Position numbers and translations under genes: made by a program
Shown here: in pieces, positions 1 to 18,859 of the stretch
How positions within the stretch are numbered: the stretch's first letter is position 1
Layout of the letters: each line of letters starts with the position of its first letter
The notes under the pieces: generated by a model
Told to the model about the DNA's origin: nothing
Databases searched by the model: none
The model's input: the letters and a program-made list of their open reading frames with translations, nothing else
Source: Eledone cirrhosa
Taxonomy: Eukaryota
DNA length: 64,000 nt
Direction of reading: 5' to 3'
Assembly (NCBI GenBank): GCA_964016885.1
Contig: CAXHJY010000996.1
Span: forward strand, 92,873 to 156,872

Positions 1-735
1 ATTGTCCTTCAGTACATCTTATGCTATACACTACATTTCTAGTTTTACAGTTAATATGGGGGCTTATTTTACAGGTTATACATTTCTTATCTATACATGA
101 GGGTCTTTGAAAAGGGTATGTCTTGCTAATAAGTGTTTTTACGGAGGTACCTGGTCTTTCTACTATCTTAATATTGAGTTTATGTTTATTTAGGGCCCTT
201 CTAAATTTGTAAGCTAATTCACCTCTAGGGGTTGTATCGATGAACATTACACTCTGGTATTTATTGCTATCATACCATGAGTTTATTCTATTAGCCTTGT
301 TCCTAGTTCTTTCTATTCTATTCCAAAATTTGCTCCTATACAAGGGGCAGGTCCCATTTATGTCATTATTTACCATTTTTTCCCATTTGGTTCTGGCTCC
401 TCTATACACTCTGATTTTATCTCTCTGATTGTAGCCAGAGAACTGCATACGGTGGATGAAGTGTTGTATGTGTCTCTCTAGTTCTTCGGGGTTGCACATG
501 CGGGACACATTTCTCATCACCCGTACCAAATCCGCAATCAGTATGTTGATTTGGTATGGTCCGAAACGGCCGAGTTTCGGTGGATCAGATGTTTGGAAGT
601 CATGGGTTTGGCATAATGGGAATGGAGGATTTGTTTTTTGTTGTTAATGGTATCTAACCAGAGCTCTGTGTCTAGTACAGGTAATCGTCGATGGTTGGGG
701 TGTTTACTTGGTAGTCTATAGTAACTCTAATGCTC
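1..735 (-). mobile_element. Penelope-like retroelement (Naiad-like), decayed copy: RT thumb, linker and start of GIY-YIG; runs off the left edge
   Basis: Nearly identical to 12866-13481. Upstream on the minus strand it reads [42 protein letters not shown], with 1-nt frameshifts. Confidence 0.88.
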
Positions 736-1358
736 TGTGTTGGATGTGTCTTTTCATTTCTGTTGGGTCGCACATGCGGGACACATTCTTCATCACTCGT
801 ACCAAGTCTGCGATCAGAATATTAAACTTAGCACTACTGGACATTGCTGAGTTTTTGAGTATCAGGTATTTGGAGGCCATGGGTTTAGCATAGTGTGAGT
901 GGAGAATTTGGGCTCTCTCGTCTATAGTGTTAATCCAGAGTTCTGTGTCTAATACAGGTAGTCTATTGTTAGGGTGTTTGGAAGGGAAGTCGATAGTTAC
1001 AGTTATACTCTGGTGTATGGAATTAGCTATCTGCTGGATGCTTTCCATTGTGCTACGTTCTAAATCAAACTTGTTAGTGCTCACTAGTGGGGATGTTCTT
1101 ATAGCTATATTGATATCGTCTACATAACGAGAGTACATGATGAGGTCTATGGAGCTCTCATTAAGGAGATCTTTAAGTCTCCTTTCCACCATACCATGAA
1201 AAGGTTGGCAACATCACCAGCTATGCAGACGCCAATGGCTGCTCCTTCATTTTGGGTGTAGATCTTCTCGTTGAACTTAAATATGTGGCCCTTGAGGTAG
1301 TTTTGATACTAGCCCCTATTGCATGTGCGATATACCTCCGGTTGGTGCGAGCAACGGC
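733..1358 (-). mobile_element. Diverged paralogous PLE fragment carrying the RT catalytic core, 5'-truncated into (TA)n
   Basis: ORF 716-1192 contains YSRYVDD and RLPVLDTELW. An upstream frame reads [36 protein letters not shown], a PLE RT motif, broken by frameshifts. Confidence 0.88.
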
Positions 1359-3622
<2,264 letters not shown>

Positions 3623-3692
3623 TTATGAAGAGAGAAGAAACATTTAGATATAATTAGTAATAAAATGTATCATACCTAAACTGCTCCTAAAT

Positions 3693-3780
3693 TCCTCGAC
3701 TACGTAGTTTCGTGGCATAAACAAAAACAATATATCAAAGATATAGAGTCCTTGCGAGGTCTGCCAACTTATCAAGAGGA
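3693..3780 (-). ncRNA. Type I hammerhead ribozyme, U3-A8 core
   Basis: Minus strand: tcctc UUGAUAA gttggca...tgccac GAAA ctacgtag UC gagga. Confidence 0.82.
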
Positions 3781-4283
3781 TACCTCATTTTACTAGTCTC
3801 AAGAACGCGTCTACACGACGTGAGAAAGAATCCCAAAAGGCGGAGGGGGAGATAGTCACGCGATATAACGGTCGAGAAACAGAGCTAAGCCTCTTATAAC
3901 CACGAAGAAAATACCACGGCGGCGGAGGGGGTATTCATATCGAGGCCGCAGAAGAGGTAGTGAAGAAGGCGAGAAGTATGAGTAATGGAAGCTTTCCAGT
4001 TGTCCCCACACTTCAAAGATTGCTCGACCAGAGGGAGTTATTAATATATTTAGAAACACACAGATACATGCGGACACACACATATATACATGAATGCATC
4101 CGCACCCAACTGTGAGTTAAGGGTGCCAACTTCACCGATGTTGCTCAATGAATGACTGGGACAGACCAATTCAGTTTGAACCAGACTGAACCAGTATCAG
4201 AGTTAAAAATACATTATGAAGAGAGAAGAAACATTTAGATATAATTAGTAATAAAATGTATCATACCTAAACTGCTCCTAAAT

Positions 4284-4371
4284 TCCTCGACTACGTAGTT
4301 TCGTGGCATAAACAAAAACAATATATCAAAGATATAGAGTCCTTGCGAGGTCTGCCAACTTATCAAGAGGA
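4284..4371 (-). ncRNA. Type I hammerhead ribozyme, second copy in the 591-bp array
   Basis: Same motif as 3693-3780, offset by 591. Confidence 0.82.
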
Positions 4372-4874
4372 TACCTCATTTTACTAGTCTCAAGAACGCG
4401 TCTACACGACGTGAGAAAGAATCCCAAAAGGCGGAGGGGGAGATAGTCACGCGATATAACGGTCGAGAAACAGAGCTAAGCCTCTTATAACCACGAAGAA
4501 AATACCACGGCGGCGGAGGGGGTATTCATATCGAGGCCGCAGAAGAGGTAGTGAAGAAGGCGAGAAGTATGAGTAATGGAAGCTTTCCAGTTGTCCCCAC
4601 ACTTCAAAGATTGCTCGACCAGAGGGAGTTATTAATATATTTAGAAACACACAGATACATGCGGACACACACATATATACATGAATGCATCCGCACCCAA
4701 CTGTGAGTTAAGGGTGCCAACTTCACCGATGTTGCTCAATGAATGACTGGGACAGACCAATTCAGTTTGAACCAGACTGAACCAGTATCAGAGTTAAAAA
4801 TACATTATGAAGAGAGAAGAAACATTTAGATATAATTAGTAATAAAATGTATCATACCTAAACTGCTCCTAAAT

Positions 4875-4962
4875 TCCTCGACTACGTAGTTTCGTGGCAT
4901 AAACAAAAACAATATATCAAAGATATAGAGTCCTTGCGAGGTCTGCCAACTTATCAAGAGGA
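4875..4962 (-). ncRNA. Type I hammerhead ribozyme, third copy in the 591-bp array
   Basis: Same motif as 3693-3780, offset by 1182. Confidence 0.82.
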
Positions 4963-5810
4963 TACCTCATTTTACTAGTCTCAAGAACGCGTCTACACGA
5001 CGTGAGAAAGAATCCCAAAAGGCGGAGGGGGAGATAGTCACGCGATATAACGGTCGAGAAACAGAGCTAAGCCTCTTATAACCACGAAGAAAATACCACG
5101 GCGGCGGAGGGGGTATTCATATCGAGGCCGCAGAAGAGGTAGTGAAGAAGGCGAGAAGTATGAGTAATGGAAGCTTTCCAGTTGTCCCCACACTTCAAAG
5201 ATTGCTCGACCAGAGGGAGTTATTAATATATTTAGAAACACACAGATACATGCGGACACACACATATATACATGAATGCATCCGCACCCAACTGTCGTAG
5301 TCGAGGAATTTAGGAGCAGTTTAGGTATGATACATTTTATTACTAATTATATCTAAATGTTTCTTCTCTCTTCATAATGTATTTTTAACTCTGATACTGG
5401 TTCAGTCTGGTTCAAACTGAATTGGTCTGTCCCAGTCATTCATTGAGCAACATCGGTGAAGTTGGCACCCTTAACTCACAGTTGGGTGCGGATGCATTCA
5501 TGTATATATGTGTGTGTCCGCATGTATCTGTGTGTTTCTAAATATATTAATAACTCCCTCTGGTCGAGCAATCTTTGAAGTGTGGGGACAACTGGAAAGC
5601 TTCCATTACTCATACTTCTCGCCTTCTTCACTACCTCTTCTGCGGCCTCGATATGAATACCCCCTCCGCCGCCGTGGTATTTTCTTCGTGGTTATAAGAG
5701 GCTTAGCTCTGTTTCTCGACCGTTATATCGCGTGACTATCTCCCCCTCCGCCTTTTGGGATTCTTTCTCACGTCGTGTAGACGCGTTCTTGAGACTAGTA
5801 AAATGAGGTA

Positions 5811-5898
5811 TCCTCTTGATAAGTTGGCAGACCTCGCAAGGACTCTATATCTTTGATATATTGTTTTTGTTTATGCCACGAAACTACGTAGTCGAGGA
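5811..5898 (+). ncRNA. Type I hammerhead ribozyme in the inverted arm of the 591-bp array
   Basis: tcctc TTGATAA g ttggca..tgcca c GAAA ctacgtag TC gagga; stem III actacgtagt is palindromic. Confidence 0.85.
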
Positions 5899-6132
5899 AT
5901 TTAGGAGCAGTTTAGGTATGATACATTTTATTACTAATTATATCTAAATGTTTCTTCTCTCTTCATAATGTATTTTTAACTCTGATACTGGTTCAGTCTG
6001 GTTCAAACTGAATTGGTCTGTCCCAGTCATTCATTGAGCAACATCGGTGAAGTTGGCACCCTTAACTCACAGTTGGGTGCGGATGCATTCATGTATATAT
6101 GTGTGTGTCCGCATGTATCTGTGTGTTTCTAA

Positions 6133-6254
<122 letters not shown>

Positions 6255-6408
6255 ATATATAAGATACAAATACTTGAGTGCATTAGAGTTAAACACACTC
6301 GTCGTATTAGAGAAATGACAGTATAAGATATATCTCAATGTTATCCAACAGAGCCGAAAAATTATATAAAATAAACAAAGAAGCCTTTAATTCATCAAAA
6401 ATCTTTAT

Positions 6409-6452
6409 TTGCTGACAAATCTTCGTCCATTAATAAGGACTCATCAGAGCAA
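6409..6452 (-). ncRNA. Hammerhead ribozyme, probably decayed (GAAA to GAAG)
   Basis: Minus strand: ttgct CUGAUGA gtcc ttattaat ggac GAAg atttg UC agcaa. Confidence 0.7.
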
Positions 6453-7049
6453 GGAAAAAGACAAGAAGTATTAACGGCCAGAACAAGCCAAAACTCAGAA
6501 GAACAGCTAATGGATATTTATGAAAATTTGGGAAAATTATCATGGAAAGACATGCTAAATCTAATAGGGTGCATTTGTAAATAAAGACTATAGGGCAAGA
6601 GAGCAGGCAAGACATTAAACAAACCCACGTTAAAAGTACAATATAAGTCTAATACTTGAAATACAACATAGTAATACAATGTGAGAATTATAATATAATA
6701 TACAATACAATACAATAGATAATACAGAAATAAAACTTAATATATATATATATATACATCCACACTCACTCTGACACATATATATACACATTTACACATA
6801 CACATAATAACACAAATATTAATATAAGCATTATAATAGAATAATCACCCTGACGGTGTGATTAAACAATACCAAAATCAATGAAAATAATATATTGACA
6901 TTAAAAAAATATATAAAAATTCATCTTACGTATCATGTAAAGTCAACAAATTGTGTATAAAAACATAATGTATTTCACAGGGTAAAAAATAATAATAATA
7001 CCATATAATAATATAAATTTTTAATTCACATGCTGAATACTATAATAAT

Positions 7050-8736
7050 GCCCTAGCTAACTCTGGTTACTCTGGTAGACTACATTATAAAGATGACAAC
7101 CTTGAAACGACTCCGATTACCTATAATAACGTGATATCCCACAATATGGCCTTTAATGGGGGTAAAAAACATAGGAATCATAGAAATCTTATAGATATAT
7201 CCAAACCGAACCCTATGTATAACAACCACAATAGTAATTATAATCGTGTGTCTAATGGTACACATTTTGAAAAATATTGGATCTTGCAGAATCTTAAATC
7301 ACCAAAGATCTGCCTGAACACAAAGACGGAAATTTTCACCAGTTGCCCACGCATGAAATCACACCTGCTTTCCAGCTCATATAAACTTAACACACTTTCA
7401 GATACTTATCCTCCATAAACTCTTATTATTCTCTTTATAATTACCCTTTCTGATTTACTTTAATTTTTATCCTTATTATTAATTTCATTTATTTTTATTT
7501 TTTTATTTTTATTTTTTTATTTTTATTTTTTTATTTTTACTTCACATCCACCAATAACCCTTTTATTCTCCGATTCACTTACCTAATATCTTCATTTTCC
7601 ATTTTTTACTTCCCTATTTCCTTCACTAACTGATTACTGTGGTCACTTGCGTTTGCCACTCCAGGTATTTTTTATTTTTATTTTTATTTTTTATTTTTGC
7701 GCAGCCAATCTTACAATTTTATAATTTTATATTTGTACTTACTTATCCACAAGTTTTTTACACCCTGTATCTATGTGGCTGAACGCCTTAATGTGTGTAT
7801 ACTTTCTATATATGTACATGAGCGACTACGTATGTGCGCGCGCGTGCGTGTATATATATGTATATATATGTATGTGTATGTGTATGTGTCTTTATATCCG
7901 TGTTTTTACATCTAGGTTTTATGTTTTGTTTCTTTTTTTTTCTCCCCCTTTTTTACATCCTCATTTTTATGCGTGTGCATGCAAACAGGTCAATATGCGT
8001 GAGTGTAAGTATGTGTGTGTATGTGTACGTATCGAACGTATGGATGTGTAAGTGTGCGTGTGTATATAAGCATGTATATTTTTGCGTTTCTTTTGTGAGA
8101 TATACGTGTGTGTGTATGCGTGTACCTTGTTTGTCTTCTTTTCTTAAATTTTTTCTTTCTAAATTATTGTTCCATTTTTATAAATATATCGAGCTTGATA
8201 CTTTCCTTTAATTATTACACTCCCTTACCTCTTTTACTTCCGCATATAAGTGTACGTATCTGTAGGTGTGTTTATGCGCGCGCCTTCATAATCTTATGAT
8301 GTATCTATTCTGTCTGTAGATTACAGATACACAGATACATTTGCCCTAAATTATATATTTACGCACACTTTTTCACTATACGTATACATATGTGCATACA
8401 CATATATGCACATCTGTGAGCGTATATACATACATATACACACACCTAACTATATTTCTTGTAAGATTTTATATATTTCATATTCTAATTCATTTGTCTA
8501 TATTTTTATTTTTTGCTTTTCTTGATGAGACTTTCCAAGTATTTACCCATGTTTTATATTGCCTCGTCTGACGAACGAATGAAGACGTTTCTTTCGTATT
8601 CGCCTCATTCGGGAAACCTCTGGTAATGAGGTAATTATATTGTATTGATTTTTATACATTAAATTTTGCTCTGGTACTTACATAGAGCACTCTTCACTTC
8701 TATGACGTTTTCTGTTTTCAACGGAAATTTCAATAC

Positions 8737-8740
<4 letters not shown>
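7050..8740 (+). mobile_element. Decayed PLE 3' end: GIY-YIG C-terminus plus long 3' UTR with an HHR
   Basis: ORF 7131-7418 ends FEKYWILQ..LNTKTEIFTSCPRMKSHLL, like the PLE endonuclease tail EK..I...LN.R.E....C.H...LL; HHR at 8558-8635; ends in (TA)n. Confidence 0.65.
8558..8635 (+). ncRNA. Type I hammerhead ribozyme
   Basis: attgcctcgt CTGACGA a cgaatga...tcattcg g GAAA cctctgg TA atgaggtaat. Confidence 0.8.
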
Positions 8741-10586
<1,846 letters not shown>

Positions 10587-11074
10587 ATGAACCTCTACTC
10601 CTTGGAGCGAAGACGGGAGAGATACGCAGTGATCTACATGTGGAAAATCCTGGAGGGACTAGCACCAAACTTTGGCATTGGGAGCTGGACCAACCGTCGG
10701 GAGCTGGACCAACCGTCGAACAGGACGTCACTGTGTGGTGCCAAAGGTCCCGTCTTCCACATCTAGAATAAGGAGCAGGTATTGCAATAGCCTGGGATTC
10801 AAGGGCCCTCAACTCTTCAACAGGCTGCCGAGGCATCTGAGAGACTTGCATGACGTGAAGGTGGATGTCTTTAAGAAACATCTCGACAACTTGTTATCCA
10901 GGATCCCGGATGAGCCCACAGCAAGACACGAGGGAAACCTAAGGGCAGCAGCAACAAACTCCCTCCTACACCAGTGGCCAACCTATACAGGCTGGAGATA
11001 AAATGCGTAGCAACAAGGGTGGTGCCCCAGCATGGCCTCAGCCGGATGGCTGAAACAGGTAAAAGAGTAAAAGA

Positions 11075-11077
<3 letters not shown>
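10587..11077 (+). mobile_element. 5'-truncated CR1-group LINE 3' end
   Basis: [24 protein letters not shown] / [28 protein letters not shown] 19-bp duplication at 10681-10718 causes a frameshift. Tail ggtggtgccccagcatggcc...gaaacaggtaaaagagtaaaagag. Confidence 0.85.
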
Positions 11078-11171
<94 letters not shown>

Positions 11172-11212
11172 CATATATATATATACATATATATATATAC
11201 ACATATATATAT

Positions 11213-11252
<40 letters not shown>

Positions 11253-11258
<6 letters not shown>

Positions 11259-11605
11259 ATATAATGTATTTTGCAATACACTTTATGCTTAATTAAAAGC
11301 ATTTTGAAGACCGTATGCTATTGTTTTAGAGTAGTGACAAATTCACTTACTTTAATCTCAGCAAACAGGGGAGATAAGCCGACAAGGCCTTGTTTCGCTT
11401 TTGTTGAAGCTTATCAAGGCTAACTACCCCTCCTGTCTACTGAGATTACTGATGTTATATTCTTATAGAATTCTAGTAAATAATCAGGAACTGATTATAC
11501 AGAGCGATTGTTGGTCAGGCAGAAATTAAGAATTAGAATTGGAGCTCTGAAATAGCAATACATATATGGATGTATATATAATGTATTTTGCAATACACTT
11601 TATGC

Positions 11606-11612
<7 letters not shown>
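11253..11612 (-). mobile_element. 317-bp HHR-bearing monomer with a 43-bp terminal direct repeat; distant relative of the 310-bp array
   Basis: Direct repeat 11253-11295 equals 11570-11612; shares cattttgaagacc, ggcagaaatta and gctctgaaatagc in the same order with the 310-bp unit. Confidence 0.82.
11377..11421 (-). ncRNA. Type I hammerhead ribozyme, U3-A8 core
   Basis: Minus strand: agcc UUGAUAA gctt caacaa aagc GAAA caaggccttg UC ggct; palindromic stem III. Confidence 0.85.
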
Positions 11613-11641
<29 letters not shown>

Positions 11642-11721
11642 AAAATAACAGATTAAAGTTTAAGCAAAGAATCGCTGCTTCCACTCTCTTGGATATTAGT
11701 CTTCAAATTTATTATTATTAC

Positions 11722-11797
<76 letters not shown>

Positions 11798-11839
11798 TAT
11801 ACATATATATATACATATATATATACATATATATATATA

Positions 11840-12103
11840 ATCAACCTCCCCGGAGTTGACTGGTCCACAAACAGCCTGCCACCAGGTTCTTCTGCCTCAA
11901 CCTCTGACAGGGAAACAGACCCTCCATCTCAACTCTACTTTTGAAAAGCAGAAGAACTGCGAAACCGGTAAAGGAACCAAATAAATAAACATATTTAAAA
12001 AAAAAATAAGACTCCAGTTGCATTTTCGATTTCATCTTTTTTTGTTTATACTTTCACTCGTGTAGGACACCACGGTTATTTTTGATTTTGTAAAAAACCT
12101 CAC

Positions 12104-12110
<7 letters not shown>
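11840..12110 (+). mobile_element. Short HHR-bearing element (same family as 16011-16370), HHR at 11938-11973
   Basis: ctt TTGAAAA gcag aagaa ctgc GAAA ccgg TA aag; TA-flanked. Confidence 0.78.
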
Positions 12111-12185
<75 letters not shown>

Positions 12186-12333
12186 ATTGTTATACTTTGG
12201 GAGGGTCATGTTGCCAATAAGAAACACACGCACCAGTTGCTTTCACTTCAATTTATTATAATCAATTCATAGATTAATAAATTTATAAATTTCTGGCTGG
12301 TTGGTTCCACAACCAGATAGTTGTTTATATATT

Positions 12334-12376
12334 GTCATAGTTTTTTCGTATCACACTCTGTGACCTCTTCAGTGAC
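12334..12376 (-). ncRNA. Minimal hammerhead ribozyme in the PLE 3' UTR
   Basis: Minus strand: gtca CUGAAGA ggtcac agagt gtgatac GAAA aaac UA tgac. Confidence 0.75.
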
Positions 12377-12578
12377 TGGGGATTATTTTCTTTGTTTTTT
12401 GTGCCTCTCCTTTGTTCTGTCCTACGCCATTTTGTTTCTGTGTGTGTTTTGTGTGCTCAATCTGCGCATGCGCCACATCCGGGTGTCTGTGTGTGTTTAT
12501 GTTCATTTATTTATTTGTTTATTTACATGTTACTGGTTGGTTGTTTGTTCTATGTGTGTGTGTGTTTTCATTTTGTCC

Positions 12579-13481
12579 TTAATTGTAAGTTGTGATGTTG
12601 CTGTTCCACTCATATTTTCTATTTAATTTTGGTTGTAATTCTTTTATGTTTATTGCCTCTGTGATTTGTCTACACATTGCGTCTTTTCTGTGTGTAGACT
12701 CTATTTTTATTTCTATGTTCTCTAATTTACCCTTGTGTTCTATTTTAGCATGTTGGTAGAGTACAGATGATTCTTTACTATCTTGAAGGTCTCGCCAGTG
12801 TTCATTTATCCGTTCCCCTACACTACGAGCTGTCTCACCTATGTACACTATATTTTTGTCTCTACATTGTCCTTCAGTACATCTTATGCTATACACTACA
12901 TTTCTAGTTTTACAGTTAATATGGGGGTTTGTTTTACAGGTTATACATTTCTTATCTATACACGAGGGTCTTTGAAAAGGGTATGTCTTGCTAATAAGTG
13001 TTTTTACGGAGGTACCTGGTCTTTCTACTATCTTAATATTGAGTTTATATTTATCTAGGGCCCTTCTAAATTTGTAAGCTAATTCACCTCTAGGGGTTGT
13101 ATCGATGAACATTACACTCTGGTATTTATTGCTATCATACCATGAGTTTATTCTATTAGCCTTGTTCCTCGTTCTTTCTATTCTATTCCAAAATTTGCTC
13201 CTATACAAGGGGCAGGTCCCATTTATATCATTATTTACCATTTTTTCCCATTTGGTTCTGGCTCCTCTATACACTCTGATTTTATCTCTCTGATTGTAGC
13301 CAGAGAACTGCATACGGTGGATGAAGTGTTGTATGTGTCTCTCTAGTTCTTCGGGGTTGCACATGCGGGACACGTTTCTCATCACCCGTACCAAATCCGC
13401 AATCAGTATGTTGATTTTGGTATGGTCCGAAACGGCCGAGTTTCGGTGGATCAGATGTTTGGAAGTCATGGGTTTGGCATA
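12579..13481 (-). CDS. PLE polyprotein C-terminal part: RT thumb, C-x4-C-x2-C-x7-C linker and GIY-YIG endonuclease (partial)
   Basis: [89 protein letters not shown]. The first 16 aa of the listed ORF come from the inversion. Confidence 0.9.
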   Translation of the reverse strand, partial: YAKPMTSKHLIHRNSAVSDHTKINILIADLVRVMRNVSRMCNPEELERHIQHFIHRMQFSGYNQRDKIRVYRGARTKWEKMVNNDINGTCPLYRSKFWNRIERTRNKANRINSWYDSNKYQSVMFIDTTPRGELAYKFRRALDKYKLNIKIVERPGTSVKTLISKTYPFQRPSCIDKKCITCKTNPHINCKTRNVVYSIRCTEGQCRDKNIVYIGETARSVGERINEHWRDLQDSKESSVLYQHAKIEHKGKLENIEIKIESTHRKDAMCRQITEAINIKELQPKLNRKYEWNSNITTYN

Positions 13482-13532
13482 ACAAAAAACAAATCCTCCA
13501 TTCCCATTATGCCAAACCATGACTTCCAAACA

Positions 13533-15805
<2,273 letters not shown>

Positions 15806-15807
<2 letters not shown>

Positions 15808-15922
15808 CAAAGGAAATGTGGTAAGGAACCAGATGGACCATAACGCACGAAAGTACTCAATACTTAGGGTCCAGAATTAGCCGTCGAAACGGCTTGAGCT
15901 CAGCCATCGGGGTCTTACTCGT

Positions 15923-15926
<4 letters not shown>
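15806..15926. mobile_element. Short fold-back insert; family also at 19591-19744, 39109-39180 and 47406-47582; holds the 3' half of an HHR
   Basis: Shared end aac(g/a)aaggaaatgtggtaaggaacc; tagccgtc GAAA cggcttgagctcagcc(a/g) TC gggg. Confidence 0.75.
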
Positions 15927-15996
<70 letters not shown>

Positions 15997-16010
15997 GTAT
16001 ATATATATAT

Positions 16011-16370
16011 AAAGAAAACGAGATGAAATCGAAAATGCAACTGGAGTCTTATTTTTTTTAAAAATATATATATTTATTTGGTTCCTTTACCGGTTTCGCA
16101 GTTCTTCTGCTTTTCAAAAGGTGAGTTGAGATGGAGGGTCTGTGGTTTTTCTCACATCTGTGAGAAAAACCACAGACCCTCCATCTCAACTCACCTTTTG
16201 AAAAGCAGAAGAACTGCGAAACCGGTAAAGGAATCAAATAAATATATATATTTTTAAAAAAAATAAGACTCCAGTTGCATATTCGATTTCATCTCTTTTT
16301 CTTTATACTTCCACTCGTGTAGGACATCTCGGTTATTTTTCATTTTGTAAAAAAAACCTCACTTTCTAAT
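16011..16370. mobile_element. Palindromic HHR element with arms of about 140 bp centred near 16157; HHRs at 16084-16121 (-) and 16194-16231 (+)
   Basis: cctt TTGAAAA gcag aagaa ctgc GAAA ccgg TA aagg in both arms. Confidence 0.82.
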
Positions 16371-16396
16371 GTATATATATATATATATATATATAT

Positions 16397-16535
16397 GCAA
16401 AAGTTTTATTTAAGATTGTTGGGTTACAACGAGTAAATATTTTATAACTGATATAAAAGCACTCAACAGTTTCTGGAGTAGGTTTACGATATTAAACAAA
16501 TGGAAACTATATTTATAAAACTATATTTATTTCGT
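16397..16535 (-). mobile_element. 3'-end fragment of the AT-rich HHR family (see 16982-17251, 49813-50110, 55056-55386)
   Basis: Shared aagcactcaaca..aaatggaaactatatttataaaa motifs. Confidence 0.7.
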
Positions 16536-16637
16536 TATATATATATATATATATGTATATATATTTATATATACATATATATATGTATATATGTATATAT
16601 ATTTATATATACATATATATGTATATATATATATATA

Positions 16638-16719
<82 letters not shown>

Positions 16720-16790
16720 CTGTATACATATATATGTTTTAGTATGGTTGCTTGGATGCGTCCATAGGCGGTATGCCGGTTGAGCACACT

Positions 16791-16854
<64 letters not shown>

Positions 16855-16858
<4 letters not shown>

Positions 16859-16954
16859 CTGTCCCTCAAAAATGTGTACACACTTGGATTACCCGTATAG
16901 TCAATATTTATAAGAATGCACTGCCTTTGAGAATAATTTTTTGGGGACACTGTG
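16855..16954. mobile_element. About 100-bp MITE, Tc1/mariner-like
   Basis: Imperfect TIRs cagactgtccctcaaaa / ttttggggacactgtg; related copy at 52136-52239. Confidence 0.6.
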
Positions 16955-17053
16955 TGTGTGTGTGTGTATATACATATATACACAGGAAGCTCCAACAAGG
17001 TTGTCTTTTTTTCAGGGTATGTCAATATTTATTTATAAAACAAATCTGTACTG

Positions 17054-17119
17054 TATTTTATCTGATGAGTGCGCACCATAATTTGCCTTGGTGGCCCTTG
17101 AAATATGTATAATAAAATA
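17054..17119 (+). ncRNA. Type I hammerhead ribozyme in element 16982-17251
   Basis: tattttat CTGATGA g..gcacca..tggtggccctt GAAA tatgta TA ataaaata. Confidence 0.75.
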
Positions 17120-17249
17120 AATATGGTTTTATAAATATAGTTTCCATTTGTTAAATATATTGTATATTTACTCCACAAATGTTGAGTGCTTTATATCAGT
17201 TATAACATTTTTTAAGCTTGTTGAATCGCAACAAATTAAATATAACCTC

Positions 17250-17315
<66 letters not shown>

Positions 17316-17712
17316 TATACATATACAAATATATATATATATATATATATATACTTATATATATATATATATTGATATATATACATACATATATTTGATA
17401 AATATATGTAAAAAGTAAACAGAAATTACAAAACAAACGACTCAGTACATGGGAGAAATATATTAGTTTAACGCTTGAAATATATATACATATATGTGGG
17501 TGTGTGTGTGTGTGTGGGGGGGATCTTATCCAATGTATTCATTTTAAGGGAGGCTTGGCTGCTATTTCTAGTCGGTCGGTCGAGTGACAGCCTACAAGAC
17601 ATCCTATGTTGGTGTCTGAGGTGGATGAGAAAGTTTGTAATATCGTCTTCGTTTGTTATCAACATCATCATCATTAATGTCAGCAACACGACGGTAGAGA
17701 GAGAGAGAGAGT

Positions 17713-17772
<60 letters not shown>

Positions 17773-18008
17773 ATATATGTGAGCGAGAAGTGCTATAAAT
17801 ATATATAGAGAGAAATGTGTTATATATGTTTATAAAGAGGGCGGGAGAAGTGAGAGAGTGATATATTTATGACAGGGAGAAGAATGGGAGTTATATATGG
17901 CCGTGTGATAAACAGGAGAAACTCCTGAGTAACGAGACTTAATATAATGAATATCATAACCCTACTTAGGTATTGAGTACTGTTTTCTCTCAGCTGTCAA
18001 CTTCATAT

Positions 18009-18070
<62 letters not shown>

Positions 18071-18078
18071 CCTGTGTG

Positions 18079-18112
<34 letters not shown>

Positions 18113-18261
18113 AGTGTACATATATGTATATATATATATATGTGTGTGTGTGTGAGTGTACATATATGTATATATATATATATGTGTGTGTGTGTATATA
18201 CATATATGTATATATAGATATATATACATATATATATCTATATCAATATATAAAATATATG

Positions 18262-18305
<44 letters not shown>

Positions 18306-18859
18306 TATATATTATAGACATTGACATATATATATGTATATATATAGAATAAGAGAGAGGAAGAGAGGAAGAGAAAAACGAAAGAAGAGAGAAGAACGTC
18401 GATGATATGGAAAAAGCGAAAGGCTAGTAAAGAGTGAGGTGGAAGGAGGGGACAAAGAGCGACAGAGAGAGAAAAAGAGAGACGGTGGTAGGGAAAGAGA
18501 AAGAGAGAGAAATACAAACAGACTTAGGAAAAGAGAAAGGGATATAGAGAAAGAGGGAAGTAGGAGGTAGGGTTAGGCTGCGGTGGAGGAAGAGGGAGGA
18601 ATGCTACCGGATAGAAGGGAAACAGCCTGAGAGAGAAGCAGTCAATGTGAGAAAGAAAGAGAGGGGGAGGGAGAGAGAGAGGGAGAGAGGGAGTGAGAGA
18701 GGGGGAGTAAAAGAGAGAGACAGAGAGAGTAGGATAAAGAGAGAGAGAGAGAGAGAGAGAGTGAGAGAGTAGCAGAGAGAGATATTTGGATATACAAAAC
18801 GAAACTGTATGTATATTATAACTTTTAGTTGTTAGTTTGAATTTATATTAACTTGCCAC

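Larger units (their letters stand above)
12181..13532 (-). mobile_element. 5'-truncated Naiad-like PLE with intact 3' end and a 5' inversion, inserted in (TA)n
   Basis: Open frame through RT thumb, Cys-rich linker and GIY-YIG; 3' UTR with HHR; 13482-13532 is an inverted piece of the same element. Confidence 0.9.

Noticed and set aside
3856-5735. Repeated 75-aa ORF in the 591-bp unit
   Set aside because: Non-ATG start, no recognisable motif, and it recurs only because the unit does.
12579-13481. Selenoprotein-type Naiad (in-frame UGA with SECIS)
   Set aside because: The surviving frame has no internal TGA and I could not identify a SECIS in the 3' UTR.
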